A DNA stretch of 63,730 nt, filler included, from Phoronis australis (Eukaryota > Animalia > Phoronida), in NCBI GenBank assembly GCA_002633005.1. It is 6 parts of 6 records of this genome, joined end to end, with 100 filler letters (N's around TTAATTAATTAA, not from the genome) between each part and the next. Parts side by side here need not be neighbours in the genome. Positions count along the whole stretch, not along the records: positions 14,682 to 28,269 come from NMRA01000164.1; positions 28,370 to 43,141 come from NMRA01001441.1; 4 more parts are not named here. One strand, written 5' to 3'. Below the pieces are notes generated by a model, which saw only the letters and a list, made by a program, of their open reading frames with translations, did not search any database and was not told the DNA's origin. Positions within the stretch are counted from its first letter, which is position 1, and every line of letters begins with the position of its first letter. The translations under genes and the position numbers were made by a program. Below, piece after piece: positions 25,108-37,142 of this stretch.

Positions 25108-26363
25108 ATGGCAGCTTCCACGATCTGTCGTATCTGTGTAAGAAGTGTAAGATCACCGCGTATACCTCTCGGTTGTTTGTGGTGCGAGTACCCTTGGCGA
25201 TCTAGATTTTCTTCCACGAGATATAAGATGGTTCCAAGAAGTAGGAAAAATTCGAGTCGTAGTGTAATTACTACTGGTCACAGTTCTACAGTCATTTCGG
25301 ACAGTCGTTTTGACGATTTCTTTGGTATCGAGGAGCATGACCGTGAATCGCAGCATTTTGACCATAGACGCACTTCAGAGGACGATTTGCTGGAACAATT
25401 TGATTTGAAACCAGTCACTGGTAGACAGGTTGAAAAGGTATATGTCACAAATTATGGCATTCTCAGACTGGATACTGACAATGTTCCATTCAGCGAAAGA
25501 GCGAGAAAAGGAAAGAGCTCTCAACTTCAGCATTTCGACTCTGACAAAGATAATGGCTATGCCATCACCAGAAGTAGATTTCGCAATAAGCTTTCAGACC
25601 TAACAAATACTGGCAAAAGAACAGAGGACTTGAAAGATGTTAATGTTTTTGATCAAGCTTCATTGGGTGCTGTTAATCATGAGCGGCGTGTGGTGTTTAA
25701 AGAGACTCACAAGGCACACAGTAGTGACAGCTATATAGAGGAACAGTATTTTGGTCAGTCAGCTGTTGAACCAGATATTGTAAATACCAGCTTGAAAGAC
25801 TTCACAACTGATCACAGAAAAGTTTCAACAAATGCAGATGACAGTCATCAAATGCCTTATAACGCCGAGACAGACTTGGGAGGCTTCATTGATGAACAGT
25901 ACTTTGCATACAAGTCCTCAGAAAGAACAGGAGGTGGTCTAAAACCAGAAATATTTAAACCAGATTCTAAACGGAATTTGAAGTTCCGTAATGTTAGAGT
26001 GCATGACAGTCTGGCAAATGTTAGTGAGACTGACACTGAGCAGGCAAAGTTTAATTTTATCGATGATCAGTATTTCAACTATGACTCAACGGCAGCGAAA
26101 AGGGTACACAAAGTGGATACTGTGAATTGTGTGAAACTGGGCTTACAGGAAAGTAAAGACGGTGTTCAGATAATGCCTGCGACTCAATTTGTCAATAACC
26201 AGCATCCTGGTAGTCATTTATCAGTTACCGAGAAAGATGCCAATGGTCGTGATTCTACTGGCTATCTTTCGGATGATGTTTTACATAGTGACACAACTCA
26301 AAGTAATCACGTTGGAGCCTTGGAAAATGAGTACAACAATCCAACAACAGTTTTTGAAAAGAA
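25108..26363 (+). CDS. Large first coding exon of a probable mitochondrial-targeted protein (tentatively an invertebrate RPUSD3/4-like pseudouridine synthase N-terminal extension)
   Basis: 419-codon ORF with an Arg/Ser-rich, acid-poor N-terminus and repeated YIEEQYF/FIDEQYF/FIDDQYF. Phase-2 donor AA|gtaatt at 26363 joins the exon at 27319 in frame. The family name is recollection only; no catalytic domain is present in the window. Confidence 0.7.
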
Positions 26364-26622
26364 GTAATTCTGTTTTTTTTGTCAAATGATCAACTTTTTA
26401 ATAGTGATTGTTTTCTTGAATTTTCTAAAATATTGGAGAGATTTCAGTACTGGTCAGCTTAAATTTTCATTAGGGTTCTTTGTACAATTACATTTTAGTT
26501 GTATATATAATTATGTTGTTTTAAATCAGTGCATTGATATCATATAAGCAAGAATTATTAGTCTTCATACAAATCATATGTTGGTCACATCACGTGACCT
26601 TTTGGTAAGTATGAAAAGATCT

Positions 26623-26698
26623 CCGCCCCAACTGGGGTTCAAACCCGGGACTTTCTGCCGAATGTGCAGATGCTCCAGTCCACTCAGCTATCGGGATC
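26623..26698 (-). mobile_element. tRNA-derived sequence inside an intronic repeat
   Basis: Minus strand has A box TAGCTGAGTGG and B box GGTTTGAACCC; flanked by direct repeats ttggtcac(a/g)tcacgtgac at ~26581 and ~26782. Confidence 0.55.
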
Positions 26699-27318
26699 AC
26701 CCGTAGATTAGAGAAATCCAAGCATCTTACCCAAACTTGGGAGTGCCTATACATGTATACAATTGTGCTGTGTTGATATCGTTGGTCACGTCACGTGACT
26801 TATATGGCATGTACGAAGTCTTATAATTCTTTCTGATACATCTCATTATGTGTTAATGCCTTTATGCTGAGCATAGTTCCATGTCAGGACCCTTGCATAT
26901 TTTGGCAGAATCCATTTACATTTAGCAGAATTCAATGAAATCAGAGTTTTCAAATTCAGAACATTTTAAACCAACGTTGGGCGCTTTTATTACCAGCTGC
27001 TGCACTGCCAGAAGCACATTTCTATTTTTAGATCTCGAAAAGCCTAGCATTCTTTTTCAATATGATTGCGTCTTTGGTAACCCAGGTTCATTTTTTGTTA
27101 CTTAATTCATTTAGCAATGCAAAAACATAGCCAAAAACTTAGGCTGGTAATAGATTCTAACTAAGATATCATGGAAACCATTATGTTTGCAGCTTCACTT
27201 TTTGCTCATGTTTGGTATTTAACTATGGTGACAAAAAACGTTTGACAATATTTTTGACACTAGATCAAATTTAATGTTGTGAGTAGTTAGATTTGCATAC
27301 AAGATTTTCTATTTTCAG

Positions 27319-27422
27319 ACGAGAGAAATCCATCAAGTTTGATATTGAGAATCCCAAAACAGCATTTGATATGGCCATGAAAATCAGAGTGAGCAGAAAA
27401 CAAAAGCATGAGAAGAAAAAAG
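27319..27422 (+). CDS. Second exon of the gene starting at 25108
   Basis: Acceptor tctattttcag; reads KREKSIKFDIENPKTAFDMAMKIRVSRKQKHEKKK; donor G|gtttgg at 27422/3. Later exons were not found. Confidence 0.7.
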
Positions 27423-27643
27423 GTTTGGAAATATTTTTACTTTTGGTGTCTTGTCTTATTAAACTTCACTTATTTATGACAGGGTCAAGATCTATTCATC
27501 CCCAGCCAATGAACAGCTCTTCAAGCAGTCTTTGAACTTGTGTACCCGTGACAGTGGCATTGCTCGGTTACTAATGGCTGAAATTGCCTCAATTTAAATT
27601 TCCAGTGCTCCAAAAATATCTGGAACTTTTTGAATGTTGTCAA

Positions 27644-28269
27644 TGTTGAGTCATGCGTTTAAAGTAATAGTGGGAGGTGAATCTCAGACCTCCAGTACAG
27701 TAGATACACATAGTATGAAATTTAATAAACAAATTGCTTAGGGTCCCAACCAGTAACGACGGGTTGGCAACTGGGGGGGTGTTGGAGACGGGAGGAGTTA
27801 ACAACGAGGTAGAAAACCTAATAAGGGTGGTGAGCAAGTGGTTCAACAGCCTACATTATGCAAGTGCCTTGGTTGTGAGGGCCTCCATAACTCAACTGAT
27901 TAGGCTTCAGGCTCCTGTGTTGTGTTCGTAGAACCAGTAAAACAACACAGATGAGAGTAAAATATACGTCTATTCGCTTGGAGAACTAATACAAGAAGGG
28001 GATGAGCACGTGGCTTGTGGGCATAAATACCACGTGACTATATTCCAAGGAAAACCACAAGTAGCATTACCAATACACAACATCCCTCTACCTTTAGCTG
28101 ACTACTGCAAACGTAAATAAACATGGAGGAACACTTCAAACTAAACACAAACATGCATGTAACACACTGTCAGCAGTCTTGTTTGTAAAACGATACTAAG
28201 TGTCCAGTCATAACTAAAACGATGTATTACACTGCTGTTTGCTGTAAGGTGATCCTACTGATGACTGAA
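27644..28269 (-). mobile_element. 3' LTR (27644-28082) plus polypurine tract and internal remnant of an LTR retrotransposon, cut by a gap
   Basis: TGTTG...CAACA termini; purine tract ggtagaggga immediately 5' on the minus strand; ATTAAA near the LTR 3' end. Confidence 0.6.
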
Positions 28270-28369
28270 NNNNNNNNNNNNNNNNNNNNNNNNNNNNNNN
28301 NNNNNNNNNNNNNTTAATTAATTAANNNNNNNNNNNNNNNNNNNNNNNNNNNNNNNNNNNNNNNNNNNN

Positions 28370-28936
28370 GATTGTGTTCTCATAACGCCAAGCCTTCTTC
28401 GGCTTACGACCACGTTTGTAGATCATTTCATGCAATTGGTCACAGAACTCAACGCTCTTAGAAAAGCGAAGAAACTTTGCCTTGGGCACGCTATCCGACA
28501 AGGCAAAACCTATCTCTACTTCATCAGCGCCCGGCATCAGAAGAAATATGACGTTCTTGTTGTTAGAGTTCTTTCCACTGTTGGTGAACTTTTGTATAAG
28601 TCCGATATACTTGCATGTTGTACAGTGATCTTGGATATCAAATTTATCCCACATAAGCACGACAGCTTGGCCACAGAAACCATGTATGGCTTCTTCATTG
28701 CTTCTAGTACGAGACTTGTTTGCACCCTTTAACTTTAAATCGTGATCCATAACGCTCACTCCCCATTCCGCGAATTGAAAAGCCATTAATACGTGTTCGA
28801 TAATGAAGTTGACGGCATCCTTCTTTGTAGCCTCTTCAGAAGCAGTCTTGAAATACTGAATAGATACCGACATATTTTCGTTCTCGACTTGACACCATCT
28901 TCTTGACATCCTTGACATTGCTCCAGTCTGCAGCAT
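28370..28936 (-). CDS. Divergent TIR-domain-like protein, 3' end lost in a gap
   Basis: ~189 open codons. NFIIEHVL..FAEWGVSVMDHDLKLKG resembles TIR alphaA-betaB-BB loop (FV..L..LE..G..VC.HDRDF.PG); EEAIHGFCGQAVVLMWDKF resembles alphaB-betaC; HC falls at the WC position; VIFLLM resembles betaD. Confidence 0.5.
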
Positions 28937-29698
28937 TGATACAAAATTATCGTTAGCCCGAAGTTGCTGAATCCTTGGTTCTTAGCCTTTTGATTCTGAA
29001 TTAATGGAACTATTTAAATGAAAAGCACTAGGGATGAAATAAAGAGACCAATTTAAAAACATGCGCATATTCAAATGATAACCTTCTTCTAAAAAGGAAG
29101 CCCAGGCACTTTAGTCAAGACGATTTGTAAACCAAAACTCAGTGCACTGTTAAGATCACAAAATGCTGGACCCCTCTAACTGACTATTACTGTTTTAATG
29201 GACACACTCTCTGGAATAGAATGGACTGTCAAACTCAAAGTAAATTGAGAACGCCGTGTCCTTCAATTTAGCCTTTAAACCAAAAAGGACCACTACCTTT
29301 TTTACCGAAAGCTCATCAACAACCGAAATCTTATCTTGCGAGGGCCGTTTGATATATTCTTAGACTACAAAGGTGTAGACCAGATAATAAAATGACCAAT
29401 GAGTAATTTTAAGATAAGCTCAAGGCTTATCTGTTTTTAACTTAACATCTGTAATAAGATGCCTCGGTACTCTAATAATGAGACTCCACAGCTTTTCCGT
29501 TTACAATCCAACTGATATATTTCTGTACATTGGCTGGAGTACGCGGCTATACTTGAGTCTCAAGGCCCCGGGGACTGGTCTCATTTGGTATATAAATTTT
29601 TGTTATATTGCAATTTGGTTTGGATGTTTTCTTATTTGACCAAGATTAATTAATGGGTAATCATTTATATAATTCATGGCCGTATATCAGGTTTTCAT

Positions 29699-29912
29699 CA
29701 CTGGCGTAGCCAGAAGTATTCGACTGGGGTGAGGGGGGGAGCGAAATTGTAAGTTATCGCGGGAGGGCGGAAACGAGTGGCAAGCGAGGGAGGCAATTTG
29801 CAATAAACTGGGGGATTAAACGCAAAAGTGAAATTAGCTTCGACAGGCGTAGGGCTTTTTTATTGTAGAGGGAGGCCATGAACTAGTTGTGCACCCCTCG
29901 ACTACGCCATTG
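29699..29912. mobile_element. hAT-like MITE
   Basis: Termini cactggcgtag / ctacgccattg; degenerate 8-bp TSD gttttcat / gtttccac. Confidence 0.55.
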
Positions 29913-30854
29913 GTTTCCACTATCACTTTGTTCTTTCCAGTACATAATTAAAATTCTCGTAATAAGATTACAGTGTACAGCTTTCCCGTCCAATGTATGT
30001 TTACAGTGGAAAATCCTTTTGCTTGCATTTCAGGAACGTTGCCCAAGTTTCTTCAGAAACTTGGGCAACGTTGCATAAAACTTATCGTATTCGTTGTCCG
30101 TCGTCAAAATCATTGTTCAGCAGTGGCATGAAATGTGATTATGCGACGTCATTGTTGCTTCCAAACGTAAAACTTTTATGCAGTCGGTGCGAAATTTTAG
30201 TTTGGACCTAGAATATCAAACAAGGAAAATAACTTACCATTAGGTGCCGGTCACTTCAAAAACATGACAGAATACCAAATGCCGCTCATACTACAGGTTT
30301 GCGTTTTTACGGCTGACACTCGGGAACTGGAAATTATGAGCGTTGGAAGCACTGATAACAAGTTACAAAAGTAAGTTGTCTAACATTAGTTGTAGCCGTT
30401 ATCTGACTACGGGCAATTTTACGTTATGGGACGCAAGTACATTATCTGGAACTGTTTTCATTTTCCTTTTGACACAGTATACAATCGGCCCGAAGGCAGT
30501 AAATAAAACATGTCTTTTAAGGTATCGAGTGATATAGTGTTCCGATATATCAGGAGTCGCACTTTTCACTTCTCTTGGGTAACAGTATAAGAATTCAAAT
30601 GACGCACTGTGCCTTTAAGAACCAAACATTCCGAATCACTTTTTTGTCTCAGGCACCGATATAAAACTGCACGCTGTATAGTATATTGAAACCAAGCAAA
30701 CCAAGTGCTGATATAGTGTCCCCCTTCTCCTTAGAAGTTGTCACGAACTTTTAATTAGGTATTTATCAGGATTGCACTTGTTCAGATATTTCACGACTTT
30801 TAAAAATTCATTGATCAATTTAATGCATATGCATAGGTATCACCCAACGTGTTT

Positions 30855-30977
30855 TATTAAGTATGCAGTATTATTGAGAATGCAGTATTATTGAGTATGC
30901 AGTGTTATTGAGTATGCAGTATTATTGAGTATGCAGTGTTATTGAGTATGCAGTATTATTGAGTATGCAGTATTATT
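30855..30977 (+). repeat. 17-bp tandem repeat (attgagtatgcagt[a/g]tt), about 7 copies
   Basis: Directly visible tandem array. Confidence 0.9.
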
Positions 30978-31469
30978 TCACCGAGTTAGATATTTAGACA
31001 TTTGCCTGAGATGGATATTAGCTTTCCGCAACGACTTCGTTTTTCAACGAATTGTATAAAAATCATATAATTGTAAAGCCCTTCATCAGCTCTTGATGGC
31101 GTATGATTATGTCAGAAGGAAATAATAAATAATTCACTTGATAAATAGTAATCATTTTGCATATTTGTTGGTTTAAATACTTTTTAATTCTAAAAACCGA
31201 GAGTGTTGCCAAAATGGAAAGATAACAGAATGCCGCCCTTCTTGTACTAAACGGCTGATTAATTAATGAATTACTTAACAAGCCGACATGTAATGACAGT
31301 CAAGACGGACTTAAGAAGAAATATAAATAATTCAACCCTTTATCCCTCAAAATATGGTCAGTTCTCTCAATAAGACTGATATGTACTGCTACAAAAATCC
31401 GATTCCCCAAAACATAAAGCTAATATAACAGACTCATTGGAATGATTTAGTACTCATGATGAATTTCTA

Positions 31470-32620
31470 TTTGTTCTCAAAAAATAAAAATTTAATTCCC
31501 CATGTTCCCACGGTATTACCGTAGAGATCTACATATGAGTTTGGTCAGATTCGGGAGGTTATTTAGTTAATGCTATTAATTGTATGTTTCTACATAATTC
31601 TATGCCCTCTGCAACAAAACAAGGTGTTATACCAATTATCAATCAAAACGGTAAGAAACAAAGAGAACTTCTAAAAAATAGGAGGCCAATTTTATCGCTT
31701 AATATAAATCACAAACTAATTTGGGCCAGTATTGGTGAACGTCTGTGGTTTATGTTTCATCCATGAAAACTAAAAAGTTTTATTGCCGGTAGATTCATTG
31801 GTGAAAACATTCGATTGATCTGTGTCTATTTCAGGTTTACTGGTCCTCGTGGATTTTGAGAAGGCGTTCGACTCGGTCTCTTGGGATTTTCTACAAAAAA
31901 TCTTTCCTATTTATTTTGGTCCAATCATCAAAAATTTGTTTCATTGCATAACAAGAGACCTGTGTTTTGAATAGATAAGTATGAAAGTCCATTGTTTTGA
32001 ATGGGTAGACAGTGTAAACAAGGTGAACCTTTGTTTCCCTATCTGCTTTTACTCTGTGCCGAAATTATGGGAAATCTGTTCAGTAGAAACCTGTCCAGTC
32101 TGGCAACTTCTACCAGGCAGGTTATATATCCATCGATCAGAGGATTTCGAATGCCCTCGGTAAGCAGGTAATATTTCCACTAAACGTTGGGGAGCCTCAG
32201 CTTGCAAGCCACACTCAGGACACCTTGAAGAGCCTACATTATATAAACGGTTATACTAAGGGGAGCTTTGCTGCCGTTTGATACATGCAATTATATTCTT
32301 CAGTAGAAACTCAGGATACAGTGACATTTACAAAAAAGTGCAGATAAAGCCTTTCTGATGGATACAAAATAGGTAAACATCTATTGTGTGGCCTTGGAAT
32401 ATACTGTGGATAGCTTATTACAGTGGTTGCAGTGTAGGATTTACATAGAAACTTGGAAATAAACGCATTTCTTCAGGAAGTAAAAATTAATGTTAATGAT
32501 ACATGTAACGTGTGTTACCGTAAACACGAGATATTGGAACACATTTTGTTACTGTTGCGTTACTAAAGAAAGTGGACTCTAGAAAATAACAATAATCATA
32601 ACAAAAAGACAATGTTATTT
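31470..32620 (+). mobile_element. Decayed L1/Tx1-clade LINE ORF2 (RT and C-terminal zinc finger)
   Basis: Frameshifted motifs LLKNRRPILSLN, FIAGRFIGENIRLI, VDFEKAFDSVSWDFL, a QGEP-like segment (~32020) and CNVC..HEILEH (~32505). Confidence 0.8.
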
Positions 32621-34699
32621 TCAACACCTATGACTGGATTGAATCACGGGACGTCCTCATAAAAAGCAGGAAACTTGGATCCATTCCAAAATGCATGTGT
32701 GAAATGTTAGCCGCAACATGTAAAAACGTCCTGAGAGCGTTTCTTTGCCGAAGAGGAGGCGAAACAACCAAAAGCGACCACGGGCGTTTGTTGATTGTTT
32801 GTAGTCGAATGGGAACTTGTACGTACCTCATAAAAACACGAAACGTCCCATTTTTTCTTTTTCGTCGAACTGGAACATAGATCTATGTCGCGTGGGAAAT
32901 CACATTAGTATAGGATGTGATGTCAATTTCGTCGTTTGTCGAAAAGTAGGTTTTAGTAAATAATACAAATAACATTACCATTTAACATTATATCTGGGCA
33001 ATAAGTAAACATTTCACAAACTAAATGAAAACAGTAATAAAATATACATGCATGTATTCACGTACACTTAACAACGCAAATAAATACAAGAGTAGTTTTC
33101 CGAAACTTACCCAAACACTACCGTTAGTAGGGCCTAAACTTTCATTTATAATCGCAGAACAAACATTTAAAAACAAACGTCACGCTTTTCGTAATATACT
33201 GTAGCACACAAAAATGTCTTGTAGAAAAACCCCCAACACGCGGTATGATACGTTGTCGAAAGTGGCTCTAACATTGGATGTCGAAGGCCAGACTATTCCG
33301 GCATCCAGCTAGGACAACAGGTCGACGCCTATACAGAATGAACAGAGCAATAATACGAATGGGCTGATTAAATTTACGGAGAAATCGCTGGTTGTCTGGA
33401 ACCGCACTTCATGGATTTTGCATGAAAACTCCATTATGAACAAAAATGACAAAATGAAAATGAAGGAATGGAATTAGGCTTAATTTGATAACAATAACAC
33501 TCGATCAAAACTTAGTCGAGCCTCAGTTTGTTTTATATATCTGAGGTCGAGCAGACAACGAGTAACACGCAGAAGTTGACATTCCAGTCCTAGAGTTCTA
33601 TGGTTTAATTACGTGAACTTACGCAACACTTTATCGTGTGAAATTCAAATCTTCGTCCAATTACTACATTTAGGTTACTAAGCTTATTTGACATCTGAAA
33701 ACGCAACTTGAGTTTAGGCATTTGTATCAGTTAATGAAATAAAACTGTCATATGTCTAACAATCTAACTGCAAGATATCGACGATTTCTTAGAGTCTCCA
33801 GTCTATCCGCTTGGAAAACCTGAAATCGCTCGATACACAAGACATGCCTATAATCACTAGACACTTAGTATGCTTGTAAATAACCATTTACATCATATAA
33901 CCACGGATGCTCATGAGAGCAAAATCTGAACAGAGGGATGCAGTTATCGCATTATAATTATGTGACACTGCATGTACCGTTTGACAGTGTAACCCCGGCA
34001 ACTTTCCACTGACAAGAAATTAAATTTTTTGTTAAGCCAGACTTGGCGGAAGTTAAGCTAGGTAATACTAGTAAATTTGCTTGTATTTTTGAGCATGTTG
34101 GGATTCAGAAAAATTCAATAGTCTGGCTCTAGATACACTTTTCTTCAAAATGGCGACCTCCTATAGCGTTTATGGATTTCTGCATAGCCACGGAAAAATC
34201 TGATGCGATTTCAGATAGGCCTCAAACAACCCAAAATTTCAAAAATCTAGTTGGATGGCAGACCACGTTTTTGGCTTCTGTAGGAAATTTGTTTTTATAA
34301 TCCAGCATTGGCTTCGATATCTTGCATTGGCAGAGATAAAATGGTGGTTTTGAGCTGAAAACTGTCAACTTTTCGTTTTTTTACCACCCTTGTTCGGAGT
34401 CTTGCCTTCTGTTTCGGTGGAAGTGAAAGACGATATGAGACACAAGAAGTTTTTGTGGGCATATGTAGCGGTTTGGATGGGAAATGACTCACAACTTTTC
34501 CTTTTGTTTATAGAATTGTCGACAGAGTGGAAGAAAGGCAGCAAGTCCAGTGACGTGTACCTTGCCAGGCAAAACCCATCAGGAAATGCACAGTGTCTCG
34601 TTATCATACGTAACCCTCGAAATCGCTCCGGGTTCACACGAATCACCCATTCCCCAGTTAAATTTCAATGACTGGACAAATTTATAACACAAATGTTAT

Positions 34700-36852
34700 T
34701 TAATTAGAAGACAAGGATAGACTGTAGAAACCGCTCAGGAATAGTGAGCGGTCATCGATAAATTTGTGGGACTTAGGATTGTTTGCATGTTCAAACCATC
34801 CGTGAACAATGCTATAAAGCTTAGAATTTTCGCCAAAGTTTCTTAAAAAATTAAGCACAGATCTTCTTAGATTGTTTGAAGCACGCGAAAAAAGTTTTTG
34901 ACGGATGAGACAGTTTCCGATTGCCGCATAAACTTTACCTACGCAAGCATGGTTCTCACCCAGGTGGTTTTTGACATCATCTAAACACTGTAGAAGAAGG
35001 TTCTCGCTTTCCTCATAGCGCTCCAAGTACAAAAAGGTTTTCGCAACGGCGAACGTAGAAACAGCAATGAGAAGATGACAACGATCGTCACCATCGTCTT
35101 CAAAAAGTCGCCTTCGAATGCTCAAACAGTTTTGAAAATGATCTCCGGCGTCTTCATACTGTTTCTCCTTGAAGTAAACGTTCCCGAGCTTTGCTAGAAG
35201 GTATGCCAACAACTCTTCATCGCCAGGCAGGCACTCCTCTTGCAAATTTAGGGCTTCGTCAAGTCGGCCTTTTGCCATGACCGAGTCTCCCTTAAATAAG
35301 AAGGACACTCCCAATGATGCCAGTATTGATATTTGTTGTCTTCGTGCATCGGGACTCATTGGAGATGTTTCTAAAACTAACTTCATTGCCTTTTCTAGTT
35401 TTTCAATGGCATCATCCTCCTGTTGCGGAATTCGAAGCAGACATTTTCCTAACATGAGGTAAATATTTGCATCCATGGTATCTTCATGGCTATGAAGAAA
35501 ACTTTCAAACGCCCACTTGCCCTCAAGGAAATCTCTTCTGTAGTAAGCTGAATAACCGGCAGCTTTAAGTAGCTCAGCTTGACATACCTTCACTGTTTCC
35601 AAAGACTTAATGTAGCTTTCTTCTTTCTCCCTGTCGTACAATACTTCCAATTTCAAAGTTTCATTGAAGTTATTTATTAGAGTGCGGATGTGCGGACCCA
35701 ATGTGCGTAGCTTCTCTAGACGATCTGCACTCACGTCTTTCCACTTGCAATCAACATAACCTTCGGGCATAAATCTCACTATTGCAGCTTTCAAGTCAAG
35801 TGCAAGCTCTTCCACGAATAATTCAGGAAGGGAATTCTTGACATCTTGCTTCTTCTCAGCTCTTACGAGATCCTGCACTTGTTTATGAATGTTGTAATGT
35901 TTTTTTCCGGAAATGGGTGTAATCAGAGCAAACTTTACCAAGAATGCTATAGCCTCATTAAGTTTTTCTCTGCCATTTGCAGGAAAAAGTGGAGAAGATT
36001 CGAATAACCACAAAGGAATATTGTCAGAATCAATAACCGAAAAACATTTGAGCAGATTGCTTACGCTTTTAGGTAATTTCTCCTCAAACTTACGAATGGA
36101 AGTACTCAAGGTGGCATAGACCGAACGTTGCCAAGTGTTACGAAAGTGGATATTTTTATCCATCATTCCACTTCGTACTTGTGAAAAAATTTTAATATAC
36201 GAATCAACATTGCAGGATTCACAGAGAGCACTAAGATACGCAGCGGCTTGAGAAAGGGCCAATGGGAAGTGACCTAAGAGATCGCACAACTTTATAATGT
36301 CAATCTTGTTGTCAGCATCAGGGTGTCCTGCTGCGTGGAGACGAGCTGACACGTAATTATACGCATCTAGATCCGAAAACATGTTGAGGTCTAAAACCAG
36401 TTCTGTGCTAACCCCTGAATCAGTTGTGATTATTACATGCTGCTTCGGTTTTTTTTCTGCGGGCAAATAATTACAAGCCGTCTTGTAATCAGCACAATCA
36501 AAAACGAGCAAGAAAGAGTCGAGAGACGTAACGTAGCTATAGACTCTTTCACTGATGTTCGTCTTCGAAATGCTTTCTACGTCAATCTTTAGGTCCTTCG
36601 CTAAGCGTTCTAGATAATTCTCTGTCTGGTTGCTGCAAGTGAACCAATATTGGAATTGATATTTTTCACGGTTGAGATGCGCATATTCTAATGCTAGCTG
36701 AGATTTTCCAACGCCTTTTATACCGCATACAGCCACAGGATGGCGAACGCCAGAGTTATCGCTTGTCTGCAACACTTTCTCTAGTTCTTCAAGTTCTTCT
36801 TTTCTTCCAGTGAAATCTGTGTTACGCGGTGGCAAACTAGAGACTTCCATAA
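34700..36852 (-). CDS. STAND NTPase (NB-ARC)-TPR protein, NLR-like, encoded by one 2.15-kb exon
   Basis: Intact 716-aa ORF: LPPRNTDFTGR, Walker A GIKGVGKS, Walker B LLVFDCAD, sensor VIITT, GHFPLAL (GxPL), IHKQVQ (MHD position), then kinesin-light-chain-type TPRs (LGNVYFKEKQYEDA; LGENHACVGKVYAAIGNCL). Acceptor tttctatttcgcag lies 2 nt before the ATG. Confidence 0.9.
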
Positions 36853-37142
36853 CTGCGAAATAGAAATATTCAATGGGATTAAATTTGGAAATACAACAGA
36901 TTTAGAAGATAATATCAAAGGATAGTGGTATAATTTCCGCCTTTGCGTGTTGTAGTTTCGATCTGTATGGTGTAAAACCTTCCGTATGAAGCGGCAAGTC
37001 ATAAAAAGTGGCTTCTGCAACAGATTTGTTTGTAGATCTATAAAAAGGACATTTTTTCTACCCTTTTTGAGTTCCAAAGAGACTTTTATAACTTGTATTT
37101 CATTTTTTTGGTTTTTAGATGTAAAGCAAATCTTTTAATCAC

